The notes under the pieces were generated by a model. That model made no database searches, had not been told where the DNA came from, and saw nothing but the letters and a program-made list of their open reading frames with translations. The position numbers were made by a program, and so were the translations under genes. Positions 27,347 through 41,526 of a stretch of DNA of 64,000 nt are shown here, piece by piece (the first letter of the stretch is position 1; each line of letters starts with the position of its first letter). Origin of the DNA: Octopus vulgaris (lineage: Eukaryota); contig OX597820.1 in assembly GCA_951406725.2 (NCBI GenBank), positions 57,350,001 through 57,414,000 of the forward strand. The letters run 5' to 3'.

Positions 27347-27576
27347 ATTCTTTTATTCTTTTATTTGTTTCAGTCATTTGACTATAGCCATGCTGGAGCA
27401 CCACCTTTAGTCAAGCAAATCAACCCCAGGACTTATTCTTTCTAAGCCTAGTACTTATTCTATCAGTCTTTTTTGCTGAACTGCTAAGTTACAGAGATGT
27501 AAACACACCAACATAGATTGTCAAACGATGTTGATGGTGGGGGGACAAACAAAGACACACAAACACAAACACAAAC

Positions 27577-27646
<70 letters not shown>

Positions 27647-27802
27647 GAGGGGCTTCTTTCAGTTTCCTTCCACCAAATCCACTCACAAGGCTTTGGTTGG
27701 CCAAAAGCTATAGTAGAAGACACTTGTTCAAGTTACCATGCAGTAGGACTGATCCCGGTACCATGTGGTTGGTAAGCAAGCTACTTACCACACAGCCACT
27801 CC
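27347..27802 (-). mobile_element. SINE type A, full length, CpG-decayed
   Basis: Collinear with the family. Confidence 0.88.
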
Positions 27803-28190
27803 TAATTGTCTATTTGTGTGGGAATTATAAGAATCATTATTATGCTGGGCTAAATGCTTGGTGGCATTTCATCTGCCTTTATGCTCTAAGTTCAAACTTT
27901 AATGATGTCAACTTTGCCTTTCATCCTTGTGAGGTCTATAAAATAAGTATCAGTCATGTATAATCAACTTATGTCCTACCCTGAAATTGCTGGCCTTGTG
28001 CCAAAGTTTGAAATCAATATTTTCTGATTTAGCTTTGTTTTATGTTGTCATATTTGGAATATGAAATTACTAGGAATAGGCCTGGGGTTATATAAAAAGA
28101 TTAAAAAAGCTTTGTTTTATCGTGTATGGTATAGTATGCTACTATTGTTCCTTGTTGAGCCTACGAAAGGGTATTATAATTACCAGGCCT

Positions 28191-28363
28191 AGGTGTAGGA
28201 GTGACTGTGTGGCAAGTAGCTTGCTTATGAATCACATGGTTCTGGGTTCAGTCCCACTGTGTGGCACTTTGGGCAAGTGTCCTCTACTATAGCCTCAGGC
28301 TGACCAAAGCCTTGTGAGTGGATTTGGTAGGTGGAAAACTGAAAGAAGCCCAATGCATATATG

Positions 28364-28394
<31 letters not shown>

Positions 28395-28617
28395 ATATGT
28401 TTGTGTGTCTGTGTTTGTCCCCGCCTCCCAACATCACTTGACAACTGATGCTGGTGTGTTTACGTCCCTGTAACTTAGCAGTTCATCAAAAGAGACCGAT
28501 AGAATAAGTACTAGGCTTACAAAGAATAAGTCCTGGGGTCGATTTGCTCAGCTAGAGGTGGTGCTCCAGCATGGCCACAGTCAAATGACAGAAACAAGTA
28601 AAAGAGTAAAAGAGTAA
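28191..28617 (+). mobile_element. SINE type A, full length
   Basis: Collinear with the family. Confidence 0.9.
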
Positions 28618-28639
28618 AGGCCTGTGTAAGAGTTGGCAC

Positions 28640-29680
28640 TGTGAAGCTTGCAAACTTATTTTAACTGTGAAACTTATACATTGGTCATACCAAGTTTGAT
28701 CTCAAATTTATATGTTCACGGTCATTTGTTTTTGTATTATATTACTTGTGTTAGCTTATGGTTTGGTGTGAAGCCTTTTGTATTTAGTTTCATAAGACTT
28801 TTGATGGTATGTTCATCAGATTTATACCTGGTGTACATTTGATTCATATGTTAAACTTTGTATACAATATACGTATTTTGAAGAGGGATACTGCCTAATG
28901 TGTTTGATCAATTGTATTTCTGCCTATATTCATCAATAGCTTGGTTAAGCAGTATGTCTGAATATTCATTGTTGATCAATATTTGCTTTATTCTATGAAT
29001 TCATTTGGAGCAGTGAATTAAATGCTCTCCTAAGTAGCAGTTTTATCACTGACATTTTTTCGTCATGTGGGCATGCACTATCACCAACTAAGTATATGCA
29101 TTTGTTTGTAACTTTTATGTAAACTGATGCAATGCATCAACTGGCTTTAATCTAAATGTTTATGTATCATAAATTTTATATAGATGCATTAGTACTGTTT
29201 TGGCTATTCGATATTATTACTAAGTTGTTTTCCAGGACCTCTTTTAGCTTCTTCTTATCTTCAGAGTACATTACATTTATACCTAGGCATTATTTTGTTT
29301 TCTGTTGCAGCTAGATAGAATGTGGCAAATGTGGGACCAAGGGAAGAACCCATTGCTATACCATCTTTTTTATTTGGACATCGTACCCAGTAGGCATTTA
29401 AACAATTTACAACTAGATTTTTTTTATAAGATAGCTTTGCTTGTATCATGGGTGGCTTTGCTTTTGGTCTTTGCATACATTATCAAATATAATGTCTATT
29501 GTTTCTGCAAATGGAACATTAGGGAAAAGTTTTATATGGGGTTGAAATGATACCTATTTCGTTTGTTGCTGCTAAAGTATCTGGAAATCATTTCAATGAC
29601 TTGATACTGCGATTGTTTGGTCTTTGATTTCTGATACTGTTATCTACTTGTTTGGCAGATTTTAAAGAGAGTGCAATTAT
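28640..29680 (-). pseudogene. Degenerate Penelope-like RT
   Basis: KKDGIAMGSSLGPTFATFYLAATENKI (PLE GxAMGSPLGP motif) and GDSACPHDEKMSVIKLLLRRAF..RIKQILINNEYS. Confidence 0.8.
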
Positions 29681-29971
29681 TTGAGATATTGTGAAACAGA
29701 GGAGGATGTTTTGTCTGCAGTTTTAAAGACACACATGGCTGTAAAAATAAAAATGCAGACAACACGTCCTCCTATACATACATACACATACATACATACA
29801 TACATACATACATACATACATACACACACACATATATGCATATATATATACACACACATATATATGTATGTATATATACAAATAAATATAAATATGTGTG
29901 TACATATATACAGACACATGTATATATACATATCTCTATATATGTATATATTTTATATATGTGTATGTAAA

Positions 29972-30015
<44 letters not shown>

Positions 30016-30138
30016 CATATATATTACATATGTATATATATAAAATATATACATATGTATATATATATATATGTATATGTATATATATATATGTATATAT
30101 ATATATCATGATGATGATATATATATATACATATACAG

Positions 30139-30180
<42 letters not shown>

Positions 30181-30662
30181 TGGGGTGAATTCTTCTTTGA
30201 TGTGGGAAAAGTACAAGGATCCTATTTGTGAATTTATCATATTGTAATTATTTTATCTAATTTGATTCTTAATTGGTTGGTGTTATCTTTTCTGATTTTT
30301 CTACATTTTTTTCCCCCATCTTGAAGTAAATTGTTGATTTGTTTCCATTCATGATTTTAAACATATTGCTTTTGTCACTCTGAGCCAGCCTGGAAATGTT
30401 GATAAAAAAATGCATTTGGAAGCTCTATTATTCCAAAACGAATTTTAAGTGTCTGATAAGCAGATCTGAGAAAACTTTAATAAAAACGATTAAATTACAA
30501 CATACTCATAGTTTCAATACAATGTGTTTATAAGAAAAGCTGTCTCCATATACACAAGTGTAGGCATGCATAAATATAAATATACGTATGCATGTATGTA
30601 TGTATTTTTGTATGTATATACATCTCTGGGTTTGTGTGTGCCTGAGTATATATATATATATG

Positions 30663-30712
<50 letters not shown>

Positions 30713-31600
30713 TATAAGTATATGCATAGATGTCTGTATATATATATTACACAAACATAGACACACTGACACACACATATTCATAACATATAATATGCTG
30801 GAGCAATTACATATCACATTCAATTTATTGCTTGTTCATTGTGTATATATAGGTTATTTGTCATGTATGTATAGACTATTTGCCTGTCATGTCTATCTTA
30901 ATTTATATATGCCATCTCTTCATAAAACAATCATACAAAATACGTAAATTTATATATATATATATATAAACATTGTTGCTATGTGAGCAAAAGTTATGCA
31001 TTTAAAACAAATAAATGGACATTGACTTGTGAAACTGTTGCCTACGTATCGGTCATCTGACGCTTATAGTTACTGACCATTTTGAATAAATCACTGACTG
31101 CATCTCGATAACAATCCGTGTATAGCTGTCATTTTCTAAAACTGAAACACCACTTTGCATTATAATTTTACATGATTCATATCTTACTCTTAAACCATTG
31201 CTATTTATATTTGTTTGCTTTTATTAATGCTATATAGATTCATAGATTCAGTAGGGCAATAGACAAAATGCTTGGCAAAATTTTGTCATGCTGTTTCGCA
31301 TTCTGAGTTCAAGCCCTGCAAGAATCAATTCTGGTTTTCATTTTTGTAGGTGTCTATAAAATGAAATACTAGTCAAGTTCTGGAGTTGATCTAATTGACA
31401 TATGCAAGGCCTACAAAATGATGGCCTTATTATCATCATCATCATTATTATCATTATTATTAAAGCAGTGTGATGGCAGAATTGTTAGCATGCTGGTCAA
31501 AATGCTTAGCAGCATTTCATCTGTCTACATGTTCTGAGTTCAAATTCCACCGAGGTCAATTTTGTCTTTCATCCTTTTTGGGGCCAATAAAATAAGTACT

Positions 31601-31791
31601 ACAGTTCTATATTTAAGAGAGGAAAAATTATGTACATTATTTATATTATTTACATCATTTACATTTGACGGACATTTGTCCTCATCTTGTTTGTTGTTAA
31701 CACAACGTTTGGGGTGATATACCCTCCAGCCTTCATCAGGTGTTTTGGAGAAATTTCAAACCTGCGTTCTCATTCCTAAGGTATTTTTCAA

Positions 31792-31838
<47 letters not shown>

Positions 31839-31893
31839 TCACTGCCTGGAATCGAACTCGGAATCTTGGGGTTAGTAGCCCACGCTCTTAACC
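31601..31893 (-). mobile_element. tRNA-headed SINE-like element containing (AAT)n and a hammerhead motif (31699-31744)
   Basis: GGTTAAGAGCGTGGGCTACTAACCCCAAGATTCCGAGTTCGATTCC head, (AAT)n, then aacac-CTGATGA-aggctg..cacc-CCAAA-CG-TT-gtgtt (G12 mutated in this copy). Confidence 0.8.
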
Positions 31894-31924
31894 CCATGAT
31901 TCTGAGTTTGATTCCAGGCTGTGA

Positions 31925-31962
<38 letters not shown>

Positions 31963-32068
31963 TCGAAAAATACCTGATGAAGGCTGGAAGGTATATCAGC
32001 CGAAATGTTGTGTTAGCAACAAACAAGATGAGGGCAAATATCTGTCAAATGTAAATAATATAAATAAT
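31889..32068 (+). mobile_element. Inverted, 5'-truncated second copy of the same element; hammerhead motif at 31970-32014
   Basis: B-box GAGTTTGATTCC, (AAT)n, atac-CTGATGA-aggctg..cagcc-GAAA-TG-TT-gtgt; about 45-nt internal deletion at AAAA(T/C)ACCT microhomology. Confidence 0.8.
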
Positions 32069-32617
32069 GGAAATAAATACAAGTTGTGCTTAAGGGTTGA
32101 TCTAATCAACTAGTCCTTCCTCCCTCAACAAAATTCCAAGCCTTGTCTCGTTGGCAGAAAGGATTATTTTACAGAATTAGTTGTGCTTCAAATTTTCTAA
32201 TGGTTTTCAGTTACATTTTCTGATGTTCTGAGATCAAATCCTTCTGTGGTTAGTTTTGCTATTCATTCTTTTGTTATCAATAAGATATGTTTGCAGTCAA
32301 GTACTGGGGCTGATTATAATTAATCATGTCCTTCTTTCCAAACTTTTAGTCCTTTACTTAAAAATCAGAATTATTACTCTTTGTTGTTATTCCTTTTCAC
32401 CACTTCTCGTCACCCTCCTTCAAACCCTTCATTTATCTTCTTCCCCTCCTCTTGCTCCTCTTTCTTCTCAAGCATTTGGAAGCCCTCATGGTTTGAGTTT
32501 TTGTGTTTTACCAGTGGTGTAGTAAAAGAGGTGATGGTGAAGTTGATGGGGACAATCCTCCCCAGGTGGCACTTTTATGGAGGGGTAGCACCCTTGAATC
32601 TGCTGTGTAAGCCTGTA

Positions 32618-34114
32618 CATAGTGCACCGTATAGAATTCCTGATTGATTTTTAGTCGTAATTTTTAGTATATGGTAATGTCACATATTAAGATACATTTC
32701 CCTTAATATGCCCACTTTTAGCCTTCAAAATAGCCTGATGACAGCCAAGATCAGAGTCACATGAATCCCAGACAACTTCTCGTCAATGATCCTATGACAT
32801 GACTAAGGCTTTCTTCAGAGTGGTGATGTTTTTGTAGGAAACTTTTGAAACGTCACTTTCTAGAATGAACCAAATAGCAAATATCATAGAGTTGATGTCT
32901 GGGCTGGAATCTTATCTCAGATTCCACTGAAATGGCTCCTGCACCACTGCAGTGTCACATTGGAAGTAAGAGAAGGAGCGCTGTCTTGCATGAACATGTA
33001 ATTATCTCCAAATGATTCGGTCACCCATGGCAAAACATTATCCTCTAAAATTTTCATGTAAATTGCAGAATTGACCTCTGTCTCCTCTTTAATGAACACC
33101 AGAGGAGATTTTCCATCATCGGATGACATTGTCACCCACTCATTCACTCAAGTGGATTTCATTCAATGAAAAACCTTACAGGCACCTTTGGGAACAGAAT
33201 CCAGCCTCGTGGTCAAAATCCTATCATCCTGGTTGTTCACCACAGCCTCTACAGTGAATATCTTTCCTTCTAATCAGCTGAAGACATTGTTACCAGTGCT
33301 CTGAGTCTCTTCCACCATTTTCTTGCTTTGGAAGCAGCTGAAATTAGGTGTTGGCATTGCAGTTTTAATGACTTTCAATTTAAGTCTTTGTGGTTGTCTG
33401 TCATATGGTTGTCTGGCAGATATCGAGACTTTTAGGACATTTTTCTCATGCTCCACCGTGGATTTTACAAGACTCTTTTGGGCAACATTCACCAATTGCA
33501 TTGTCTTTATGGGTCATTTTTGACTAGGTATGGTCTAGTGGTTAGAACAGCAGAGTCGCAGTTGAGGGATCGCGAGTTTGAATCTCAGACTAGGTGATGT
33601 GTGTGTTTATGAGCAAAATACCTAATCTCCACACGGCTCAGGCAGAAGGTAATGGCAAACTTCTGCTGACTCTTTCACCACAACTTTCTCTCACTCTTTC
33701 CTCCTGCATCTTTGGAGCTCACCTGCGACGGACCGGTGTCCCATCCAGGTGGGGAACCTATACACCAAGGAAACCGGGAAACCGACCCTTATGAGCTAGG
33801 CATGGCTTGAGAAGAAGGAAGGAAGATATGGGCTTGCTATTGATTGAACTTGTTTCCCTGTAGCCTTTCATGACATTATAGATTGTTTTGGGATTGACAC
33901 CAACCCTTGAAGCCATGTCTTTGGTGCTATATCCTGGTTTTTACAGAGCTACAATCTCACTTTGCCTGTTAGCTGCTCTACTGAAGCATCTTACTCGCCG
34001 AATGTAAACAAATAATGACAAGGAGCACATTTTAATTATTTATGTGCAATTTCAAACTAAATTTAATAAAATTAATTAATTTAAATAATCAGGAATTCCT
34101 TATGGTGCACCCTA
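32618..34114 (-). mobile_element. Full-length decayed Tc1/mariner transposon (probably DD37D/maT type) with a SINE inserted at about 33525-33815
   Basis: TIRs (TAGGGTGCACCATAAGGAATTCCTGATT) and TA flanks. Peptides KSPLVFIKEETEVNSAIYMKILEDNVLPW..FMQDSAPS..SSPDINSM. Confidence 0.85.
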
Positions 34115-34713
34115 TATAGAGAGCAGGGGCAGTAAATTGAAGACTGCCTCTGGTGATGTACATTTAGCTATGTCACTGAGTTCCACTCAACCCATGAGAC
34201 TCAACTCAACCAGGCAAACTAATTATTTGTTAGTGTGAATTATAGTTAAGACTGTCAGTGATAGGCTTTAAGGATCTGCCTCCACTATCTAGCCTCTATT
34301 TCAGCTTAAATGAACCCAAGTCTTCTCAGAAGAATTTTCTAATGTTCTACACACAGAAAAACAAAACAAGCAAAAAAAAAAATCTAAGTAAACCTCATAT
34401 AGATTTGATCTCAGAATTAAGAGACAGCCCAAACTGCAGTGTTAAATTTTCTGCCAGCTATTTAACTATCTCTGGCACCAAAATTCCTATCAGCAAATGT
34501 AAATCTTTAGTAATATTCAAAAAATGAATGAATTTTTTTTTTTAATTTGTTTACATTTTCAAACAAATTACTCTATGCGCAACCAATTTTAATAAACTAA
34601 TTATCTTAAAAGCATTAATCTGTAGTGAATTTTATTTGTTGACTGCTATTTTCTTCATCTCTCTCTCTCTCTCTCTAACTATCTATATATCTACTTATAT
34701 TTGCATATGTATG

Positions 34714-34758
<45 letters not shown>

Positions 34759-36049
34759 GCACACACATATACACACACATACACACACACATATATGCTC
34801 ATACGCATATGCATATATACAGATATATTATGCATAGATTGATATATGTGTCTGTGTGTATGTATATGTACATCATCTATGTACACGTGTGTGTTAGTGT
34901 GAGTGCACACATGTATACACATACATGCACACACACACCCATATATACACACGCACACATTCATACATACATATATATATATATATATTGAGCTGGAAGG
35001 ACAAATCTTTTAATCCATTACCATTATGTGGCATTATATTACATGCAAACTCATGCTGAGTTACACATAACAATGTTACATCAAAATCTAACCTAGCTTA
35101 TTTTGTGTCGCAATGAATTTCACCACATTCTTTTAAACATTACATTAACTACAACCACGTTACATAACAGCGAAATATCAGATGTGTTACATAACATCAT
35201 ATATTAAATATTATGTCACTGCAATTGTGTTACACATAAATGTGTTGTATTCACTCATGTGTTGTGTAACAAACCTTTGTACAACTGAAATGTACTTTTT
35301 CAACATACGATCTTGTTACATGCATATATGTTTCACTGACTTAGTATGTTACTTGTAACTGTGTCATATACATTTACAGAAAAATTGTGACAATTAATTG
35401 TGCCATGAGTTACTTACAATCACACCCTCTGTTACTGACATTTTTAATACCTGTACTCTTGTGTCACATAAAAATTGTTACAAGTGTGTTACATACAACT
35501 ATATTGCTGTGGGTTATATGTTTGTATTAAAAGCAATTCTTGTAACATCAGCAAATACATTTTGTATTGCAGACATGTGCCACATGTTGTGTTACACACA
35601 ATGATAACTTGTGCAACATTTTATTACAAACAGTTGTAATGTATACATCATGTTACTACTAAGTAACAAAATTAGGTTTTGTGTGTCCAATATGACACAT
35701 GCTGTTTTCTCACACAGAGCATCATACATACACACACACACACACACATATATGCACATTGCACACAATTATGTATATATACATAGATGTAATATCATAT
35801 GACACGCAATCATACATTGTATTGCATTTAGATTCAATGCACCTATGTTGCTTGTAGTGTGTCTTTAGTTTTATACATCATGATACCAAGTTTCACAATC
35901 ACATTGTTAAATAATTCACAGGCATATTACATACAATTTCGTTATACATAATCACATATCTCATTACACATTTGTATGACTTCCACTTAAGTTATGTGTA
36001 ATTATATACTGAATTATAAACAACAACTTCAGCCACTTGTAATAAAACC

Positions 36050-36540
36050 TTGTTATGATTTCAGTTACATACAAAAAGATCTGTCACAATTTCTGTTACA
36101 TGCAATAATGTTACATATTACAATTTTCTGTTAAATTTCTGTTACATGCGAATAAAGCATGTTTTACAATTTCTGTTACATGCAATAAATTCATATGTTA
36201 CAATTTTCTATTACAGGAAATGAAATAATGTATTAAAATTTCTGTTACAAACAATAAAATCATGTTACAAATTTCTGTTGCATGCAATAAAAGCATGTGT
36301 TACAATTCTTGTTACATAGAATAAAATCATGTTACACTATCTGTTACATGCAATTACATCATGTATTACAATTTTCTGTTACATAGGATAAGGTTATGTT
36401 TTATTATTTTTGTTACATATAAAATCAGGTGTTACAATTGTAGTTACATACAAAAAAAAAAAAACTATTTTCTGTTACTTGCAATAAAAGTATATATTAC
36501 AATTTTTGTTTTGTAAAATTACACATCATGTATTACAAAA
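36050..36540. repeat. Degenerate tandem repeat of about 32 bp (TTTCTGTTACATGCAATAAAATCATGTTACAA)
   Basis: More than 10 recognisable units; GTTACA-rich decay continues leftward to about 35000. Confidence 0.7.
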
Positions 36541-36859
36541 TTACATTTTATATTAGATATAATTATATTTCATCTCATCTTGTTTGAAAATTTGAAAAAC
36601 TAATGAATCACAAAATAAACCCTTTTCTCCTGTTCTTCGAATCTTAAATGTTTTTATTACTACATGCCTTTTATTTGTACAATTATTACATGTCTTTTAC
36701 CACCACCACCACCACCACCACCACACCCTAGAGTGCAGTGCTACTACAAACTGGTGAACAAGCAAAATGCATACATTGAACATGTGCAATTGGGATTGTT
36801 TACACTGCTATCACTAATTCTAATTCATAACTGAATATATATATATATATAATACAAAA

Positions 36860-37250
36860 TGGGACAAGAACGCAAAACATCCGGACAGCTAGGTGATACA
36901 AAAAGGGACAACAAAACATCCAGATAGACGATACAAAGAAAATGAGGACGGGTCATTCGAAGTTTTCTTTCCTCAGTCAAGCACCAGATTATCCTCGCAA
37001 ATTCAGCTGATTATTCTTGAGATTGCTTCAATCTGGCCAGCCCCAAGGAAAAACTAAGCTAACAGCATTAGATTCCTTGGAAGAAAGCAATAAATGTATA
37101 CAAAAACAAGGACGGAAAAAATGGACAATGTTACACAAATATAAATACAATAAAAAATACAATAAAAAAATATAATAAAAATAATAGCAGGACATAACAA
37201 GAGTTGCCTTTTGACTTACGATGAATTAAATTAAGCTGGCGCGTATAGAA
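36860..37250. repeat. Unclassified (TA)n-flanked insertion, probably an interspersed repeat
   Basis: More GC-rich block bounded by (TA)n on both sides; no second copy in the window. Confidence 0.4.
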
Positions 37251-37251
37251 A

Positions 37252-37312
<61 letters not shown>

Positions 37313-37381
37313 ATGAGGCAATATTATTCCAAACTTACAGGGAAAAATTCAATTTAGAAATACTAAATCAAATTTTACAAA

Positions 37382-37432
<51 letters not shown>

Positions 37433-37998
37433 TATATATATATATGAGTGCAAGCATGGCTAGATATGTGTATGTGGTTAAGAAGTTTGCTTCACAACCA
37501 CATGGTTTCCCAATGCATGGTAACTTGGGCATGTGCTTTCTACTGTAGCTTGGGCCTTGTGAGAGATTTTTGATTAACAGAAACTGGAAGAAGTCTTTTA
37601 TTTGTGTATGTGTGTGTGTGTGTGTGTGCATGTATGTGTGTGTGCATGTTGTATCCATGTGTGTGTGCGTGTGTGTGTGTGTGTTTGTGTGTTTGCATGT
37701 CCTTGTCAGGATATTACTCACTAAATATAAATAAACCTCATTGTCATAAAGCAGTTCTATTCTTTTCGAATCTTCCATGAAAATATATATCCAGCTGTTG
37801 TGTTGTTTATGTTCAAAACAGTAGAGACAATATTACTTTGTTTGGAAACAGGTATCAGAAACAGAAAAAGCATCAGGCCATAGAAAATTTGACCCACGTA
37901 AATATGGGTTAATGTGCAGTAATTTGTATAGTATAAGTAAATAAATAAATAAATAAATGGAGTTGAACACAGATGTTATTCAACTCCATTTATTTACT

Positions 37999-38030
<32 letters not shown>

Positions 38031-38126
38031 TAATCCAAACAAGAAAGCACAAAAAAACACAACAACGCGAGGACGTGGAACAAATATATTATTATTGGAC
38101 GCTCAGGAAAGAAAGAAAGAAGGAGG

Positions 38127-38161
38127 GTTTAACGTTTCGAGCGGAGCTCTTCGTCGGAAAC
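38127..38161 (-). ncRNA. Minimal hammerhead-like motif with variant core
   Basis: gttt-CCGACGA-AGAGC-TCC-GCTC-GAAA-CG-TT-aaac. Confidence 0.6.
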
Positions 38162-38237
38162 ATAGGAGAAGGAAAGATCCAGAGAAGGGAAGACAGAGGA
38201 AAAAATATATATATATATACATCTGTATACATACCTT

Positions 38238-39000
38238 ATATTAAGAGCTATTACTACACATAAATGCCTCATGCTGTAATGGGACTCTGAAGTCAAACTA
38301 TCGTTAATAGATTAATAAATATACATACCACCGAAAGTGGAGGAATGTAACTTGGAAGCTACGTCTTAAAAACAGATTTAGTTGCAAATCATTAATGGTT
38401 TCATGGTTAGTGTACATAATACACCTCCAATCATCAGTGCAAACATAATCAGAACACATAAAAATGAACATCTGTACATACCAAGCAAACAACAGATGTA
38501 CCCAACATGGCATATACAATTGCACTCACACTTATATATTCATGTATAAGGCGAGCTTGTCAAATTACATCTCAGTACATGTGTATAGTCGGAATAATTC
38601 AGCACTGAGTATGTTCCGGTTTAATTTTAAATAGTATGCAAGGTTAAAATCTATATAAGAATTTATCAAGTATCCAGCATGAAAAACCAGTTCAGGAAAA
38701 AATTTATATAAAATATGTAATTATTCCTTTTAAATATAAATACATTTGTTATATTAAGGGCTATTACTACATGTAAATGTCTGATGCTGTTATGGGACTC
38801 TGAAGTCAAACTATTTTAATAAATATATGTAGCACCGAAAGCAGGGCAATGCAATTTGGATGCCCTTAATATAATGAATGTATTTATATTTAAAGGATAA
38901 AATTATATACTCTGTATTAATTTTTTCCTGAACTGGTTTTTCACACAGGCTACTTGATAAATTCTTATATATATTTTATCCTGATATATTATTTAAAATT
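38238..39000. mobile_element. Partial-tandem plus inverted repeat with PLE-like terminal architecture
   Basis: 38238-38360 is a direct copy of about 38752-38865; 38625-38761 is an inverted copy of 38862-38998. Confidence 0.6.
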
Positions 39001-40255
39001 ATATATACGTATGTATGTGAGTGTAAATGGCTGAAATATCAATATTTTTGACACTAGGTCTGCCCATTCAAAGCTAATTTCTATTTTCATATTGTTCATT
39101 ATATAACATTTTAAGGTGGTGAGCTGGCAGAATCATTAACACACCAAGCAAAATGCTTAACAGAATTTGATCCATCTTTATGTTCTGCCAAGGTTAACTT
39201 TGCCTTTCATCCTTTCAGGGTTGATGAAATAAGTACCAGTTGAACACTAGGGTTGATTTAATCTAGTAGTTCTCTTCCCCCAAATCTCAGGCCTTGTGCC
39301 TTTAGTAGAAAGGATTATATAATGTTTTAGTGCTCGCATACTATATTTGCACTATAATAGAAACAGAATTCCTGCAGTCTCTGCATTTAAACCTGTATTC
39401 TGAATCCGATGGAATTATTTTTGGTAGCTATGGTTTATGTTTCAAACTCAGGATACTGAACATATATAGAGTTTGCAGACAATCTATTAAACCCACTGTT
39501 TCTCTATTTTGCTTCTGTCTTGTATCAATTCACACAGCTTCCTTCTTTCTACTTCTTTCTGATCAGCCTCCTTGAAAATAAAAATAATGAACTGCATTTC
39601 TTATATATTTGCCATGCGTCTTCACTATTTCAATTCAATATAGTTTTTCTGCTCTGTGTTTAAGTAAGAGAACAGTATTTATCACACAGCAGTTTTCTTA
39701 TTGTGTGATATAACTCCAACCAGCACTGAATGCTTGTTTTAAATATAACCTGTCAATGTCTTCCTTAAAGTCATGTATTATACATACTAGCATTAATTTT
39801 ACTTGCAGTTCTGTCTTATCTCAATTCATCCTACATCTAGTTTATTACTTGAAAATGGCAGTTTATTACCAATATGGTTAATGTATTAACGCCTATAATT
39901 TTATTCTTAGCATCTCATCCTTTTCTGAGTACAATTTTAATGTTTCTATAATATCATTATCTGATTTTTTTCCTCTCACTCATCGGTGCTGTATTCAGTA
40001 TTTCTCCTTCATTTCTAGAGATGTGCAAGCTTGATCTTATTCTAGTTCCTTACTTCATGCCTTCCTCTATTATGCATTATGTGGTTTTGTAAGTTTTCCT
40101 TTTTCCATATAGGCTTTACACATTTCACTATACTCATTCGCAATTTTTTTAACACATTTCTATATCCTCATTTGCAATTTCCAACAATCCCTGCAGTTAT
40201 ATGTTATTCTGCCAATAATCAAATTTTGCAAAAACCATTGAATCATCTCTGTGTC

Positions 40256-40298
<43 letters not shown>

Positions 40299-40809
40299 GA
40301 GCGAGAGACAGATGTGTGTATGTATATGTACACATAATTTTGCTTAGGTATAGGAATACTTAGTAACTAGTGATTAAAACTCATTATATATATATAATCA
40401 CTTAGCTCTGAGTGCATTGTTTTATATAGCAGGAAACAGTTACATATATATATATATATATAATTAAAATTATATATATATATAGGGATTTTAATAACTC
40501 ATACCACGAAATCTATAGATTTGGGACCATCCAAATTATTTTATAAATCCTGGCTTTCTATATTCCTTGTTTACAACCTTGTGTAGTGGAGTAATAATAT
40601 AAGTGGTTCATAGACCTTTTGGGGTCTATTTCACACCTGTACCTATATGTATGTATGTATGTGTGTATGTATGTATGTAATGTAATGTATGTATACTAGA
40701 TGTATTGACAGTTAGTTTGGTAAGCACTAAACAGAAGAACAATCAATGAAAAAGAGTGGGGAAATAAAAAGGTTAAGGAAGATGGAGATATGTAATATTT
40801 ATCTCAATG

Positions 40810-41146
40810 CAGTAATCCCTCGAATATCACAGGTGTTACGTTTCAAAACACCTCATAATAGGTGAAAATCTGTGAAGTTGAAACAGTACTGTACAGTATA
40901 TTTTTTTTATTATTTTTATAATTCGTTCATTCTCTTTTACTTGTTTCAGTCACTTGACTGTGGCCATGCTGGAGCACCGGCTTTAGTCGAGCAAATTGAC
41001 CCCAAGACTTATTCTTTGTAAGCCTAGTAATTATTCTATCAGTCTCTTTTGCCGAAGTGCTAAGTTACAGGAATGTAAACATACCAGCATCGGCTGTCAA
41101 GCGATGCTGGGGGGACAAACACAGACACACAAACATATACACACAT

Positions 41147-41211
<65 letters not shown>

Positions 41212-41526
41212 TACATATATACAACAGGCTTCTTTCAGTTTCCGTCTACCAAATCCACTCACAAGGCTTTGGTTGGCCCAAGGCTATAGTAGAAGACTCT
41301 TGCCCAAGGTGCCACACAGTGGGACTGAACCTGAAACCATGTGGTTGGTAAGCAAGCTACTTACCACACAGAAGCTCCTACGCCTATGTATTTACTTTAT
41401 CAAAAACGCAAAACAGCACTATGGAGGAATCGATGTAAGCTTAAATAATAAATAAATAAACCACAATAGGTGAACCACGATAGATGAACCGCGATGGGGA
41501 CCCATGATATGGTGAGGGATTACTGT
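40810..41526. mobile_element. Tigger-like MITE containing a SINE type A insertion (40930-41386, minus)
   Basis: TIRs CAGTAATCCCTC..ATATC / GATAT..GAGGGATTACTG followed by TA. Confidence 0.75.

Noticed and set aside
31835-31893. tRNA gene
   Set aside because: No acceptor stem; this is a SINE head. The same applies to all other A-box/B-box matches in the window.
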